Translations under genes and position numbers: made by a program | Shown here: in pieces, positions 62,407 to 64,000 of the stretch | Position numbering within the stretch: position 1 is the stretch's first letter | Layout: each line of letters begins with the position of its first letter | The notes under the pieces: model-generated | Database searches by the model: none | The model's input: the letters and a program-made list of their open reading frames with translations, nothing else | What the model was told of the DNA's origin: nothing | Assembly (NCBI GenBank): GCA_051362555.1 | Contig: CM120644.1 | Location: 17,754,534 to 17,818,533, forward strand | Direction: 5' to 3' | DNA: 64,000 nt | DNA from: Lingula anatina | Lineage: Eukaryota; Animalia; Brachiopoda

Positions 62407-63868
62407 GTAAGTGAAACTTGAAGCCTTCGAAGCCAAGATTTTTCCACCATACACTCATATTAAGGTAGTAATTAACAGTAAATTGTCAAAATTTGGATGT
62501 TTTTCTGAATTTGTCAGTATTACATAGATGAAATATCAACTACATATCAGCCTATCTTAAAATAATGGAAGTTTACAAATAAACCCGTAATTTTAGCCTT
62601 ATTGCTGATTTACCCCTGTGGTAGCGTGTCTGAGTTTTAAAGTAGGTCACACTTGTCCATATATGTGTTTGATTGGCAGCTCCACTGTGCAGCTGTATAT
62701 TTCCCATACTAGATTGCTGCTAAGCCTGTCACATTCTGTGAGTAACGTCGCGCTTTCACTTGCCAAACAATACTTTTCATTTTGAATTTATCAGTGAACT
62801 TAATTCTGACGATCTATTAAAGCTTTAAAAAGCAGACATATAGATGAGACGTATATGGACAAAGGCACTCCCCCTAGGTGTCACGTGGTGAAGAAGGCTG
62901 ACGTCACGACTAACATGGTGGCTGCTGTCAATGCATGGAGAGGGCCTCCGGTTGAAAATGTTCAATAATAATGTTGAAAATGGATGAAAGACATAGTGAC
63001 AGTTACATAGGCAGTGAGTAGAGGGCTGAACCAGTATAAATAACTAAATTTCTCAGCTTGCCAATGCAGCTCACTGATTATATAACGTTGGAATCTCCGG
63101 GGAGCACTAAAAGGCTGATTTCTCCGCTTCAGTTTATGGCTTCAAGAGAACGATTTAGACCAGTGTCAAAATTAATTAGAACTCTCAACCGATGAAAGCT
63201 GGTATTCATTCGTTAGATCTAAGGTTTGTCTGAAAGTATGTGTCTGGGATTTCATAACATCAGCTCCGTTTTCAACTTAGGCATGCTTTAGTTAGGCTAG
63301 GGGGTCTCGTTGAACTGGAAACCAAGTTTATTTTGATATCTCTGCTAATTTAACACATATCGCTAATTTGAGGCGCATTCTTGTTGATCCCTATGAGGGC
63401 TCATGAGTCAAGCTGTCTACACATGTCCATTTGTAGTGGACTTCTAGTTTTTAAGGTGTAAAGATCATGTTGAGCACACCTATTAAGCATTATATCTCAT
63501 TACGTAATGATTACATATTAAAATAAGGATATGAAATGAAGAGCAGTTGAAAAAAGCTTTCTATTGATATGTAACATGTTGGTATATCTTGGCCGGTTTA
63601 GAAGATAGCTACCCATGTTATCTACATCCTTAAATGAATTTTTCCAGGGTAAACAACATGTCCCCCCCCCCCCCCCCCCCCAAGTTACCAACCTTTAATC
63701 TTCCTTTTCTGACATTTGCCATAACTCTGCAAAAAACGAAATATTGAAAAAAAAAACAAAAGATCAAAACCTGTGCTTTAAGGAGACTTTGGTGCAGGAC
63801 CTGACTCAAGAACATGCATTATTTTCAAACTGTGTCAAGATGATTGACTACTGAGGTTGGCAAGAACA

Positions 63869-63919
<51 letters not shown>

Positions 63920-64000
63920 TTTTTTGCCACCTTGATTAAGGCCATTTATCTGTTAATACATATTTTAAATGTTTTAATTGTCCTTGGGTAAGTTAAAAAA

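Noticed and set aside
62540-63630. Possible DNA-transposon remnant in the helicase intron
   Set aside because: Termini and TSD could not be defined by eye

Overview
AT-rich, intron- and transposon-rich animal genomic DNA, most likely a marine invertebrate (lophotrochozoan-like; inferred from gene content and repeat families). Six spliced protein-coding genes can be reconstructed by hand from GT-AG sites and reading-frame phase. (1) A bacterial-type VioB/RebD/StaD-like enzyme with a C-terminal ferritin-like domain, carrying a spliceosomal intron (~4991-7990, +). (2) An SLC16/MCT-like MFS transporter (15078-18733, +). (3) A BHMT-like Zn homocysteine S-methyltransferase (20137-31695, +); its third intron holds a very young Mag-type Ty3/Gypsy element that is itself interrupted by a TTAA-targeting DNA element. 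(4) A PLAC8/cornifelin-like gene (33376-36845, +). (5) A SENP1/2-like SUMO protease (57369 to 38515, -). (6) Head-to-head with SENP, a RIG-I-like DExD/H helicase with an N-terminal death effector domain instead of CARDs (57729 to beyond 62406, +, incomplete). Other elements include a decayed Academ-like transposon, two Helentron-type elements carrying ~146-bp satellite arrays, several MITEs, and tandem arrays built from SENP exon ends plus splice donors. The most interesting signals are the intron-bearing VioB-like gene, the DED-RLR/SENP divergent pair, and the repeated amplification of splice donors in SENP introns. All calls come from motif recognition by eye; no database searches were run.
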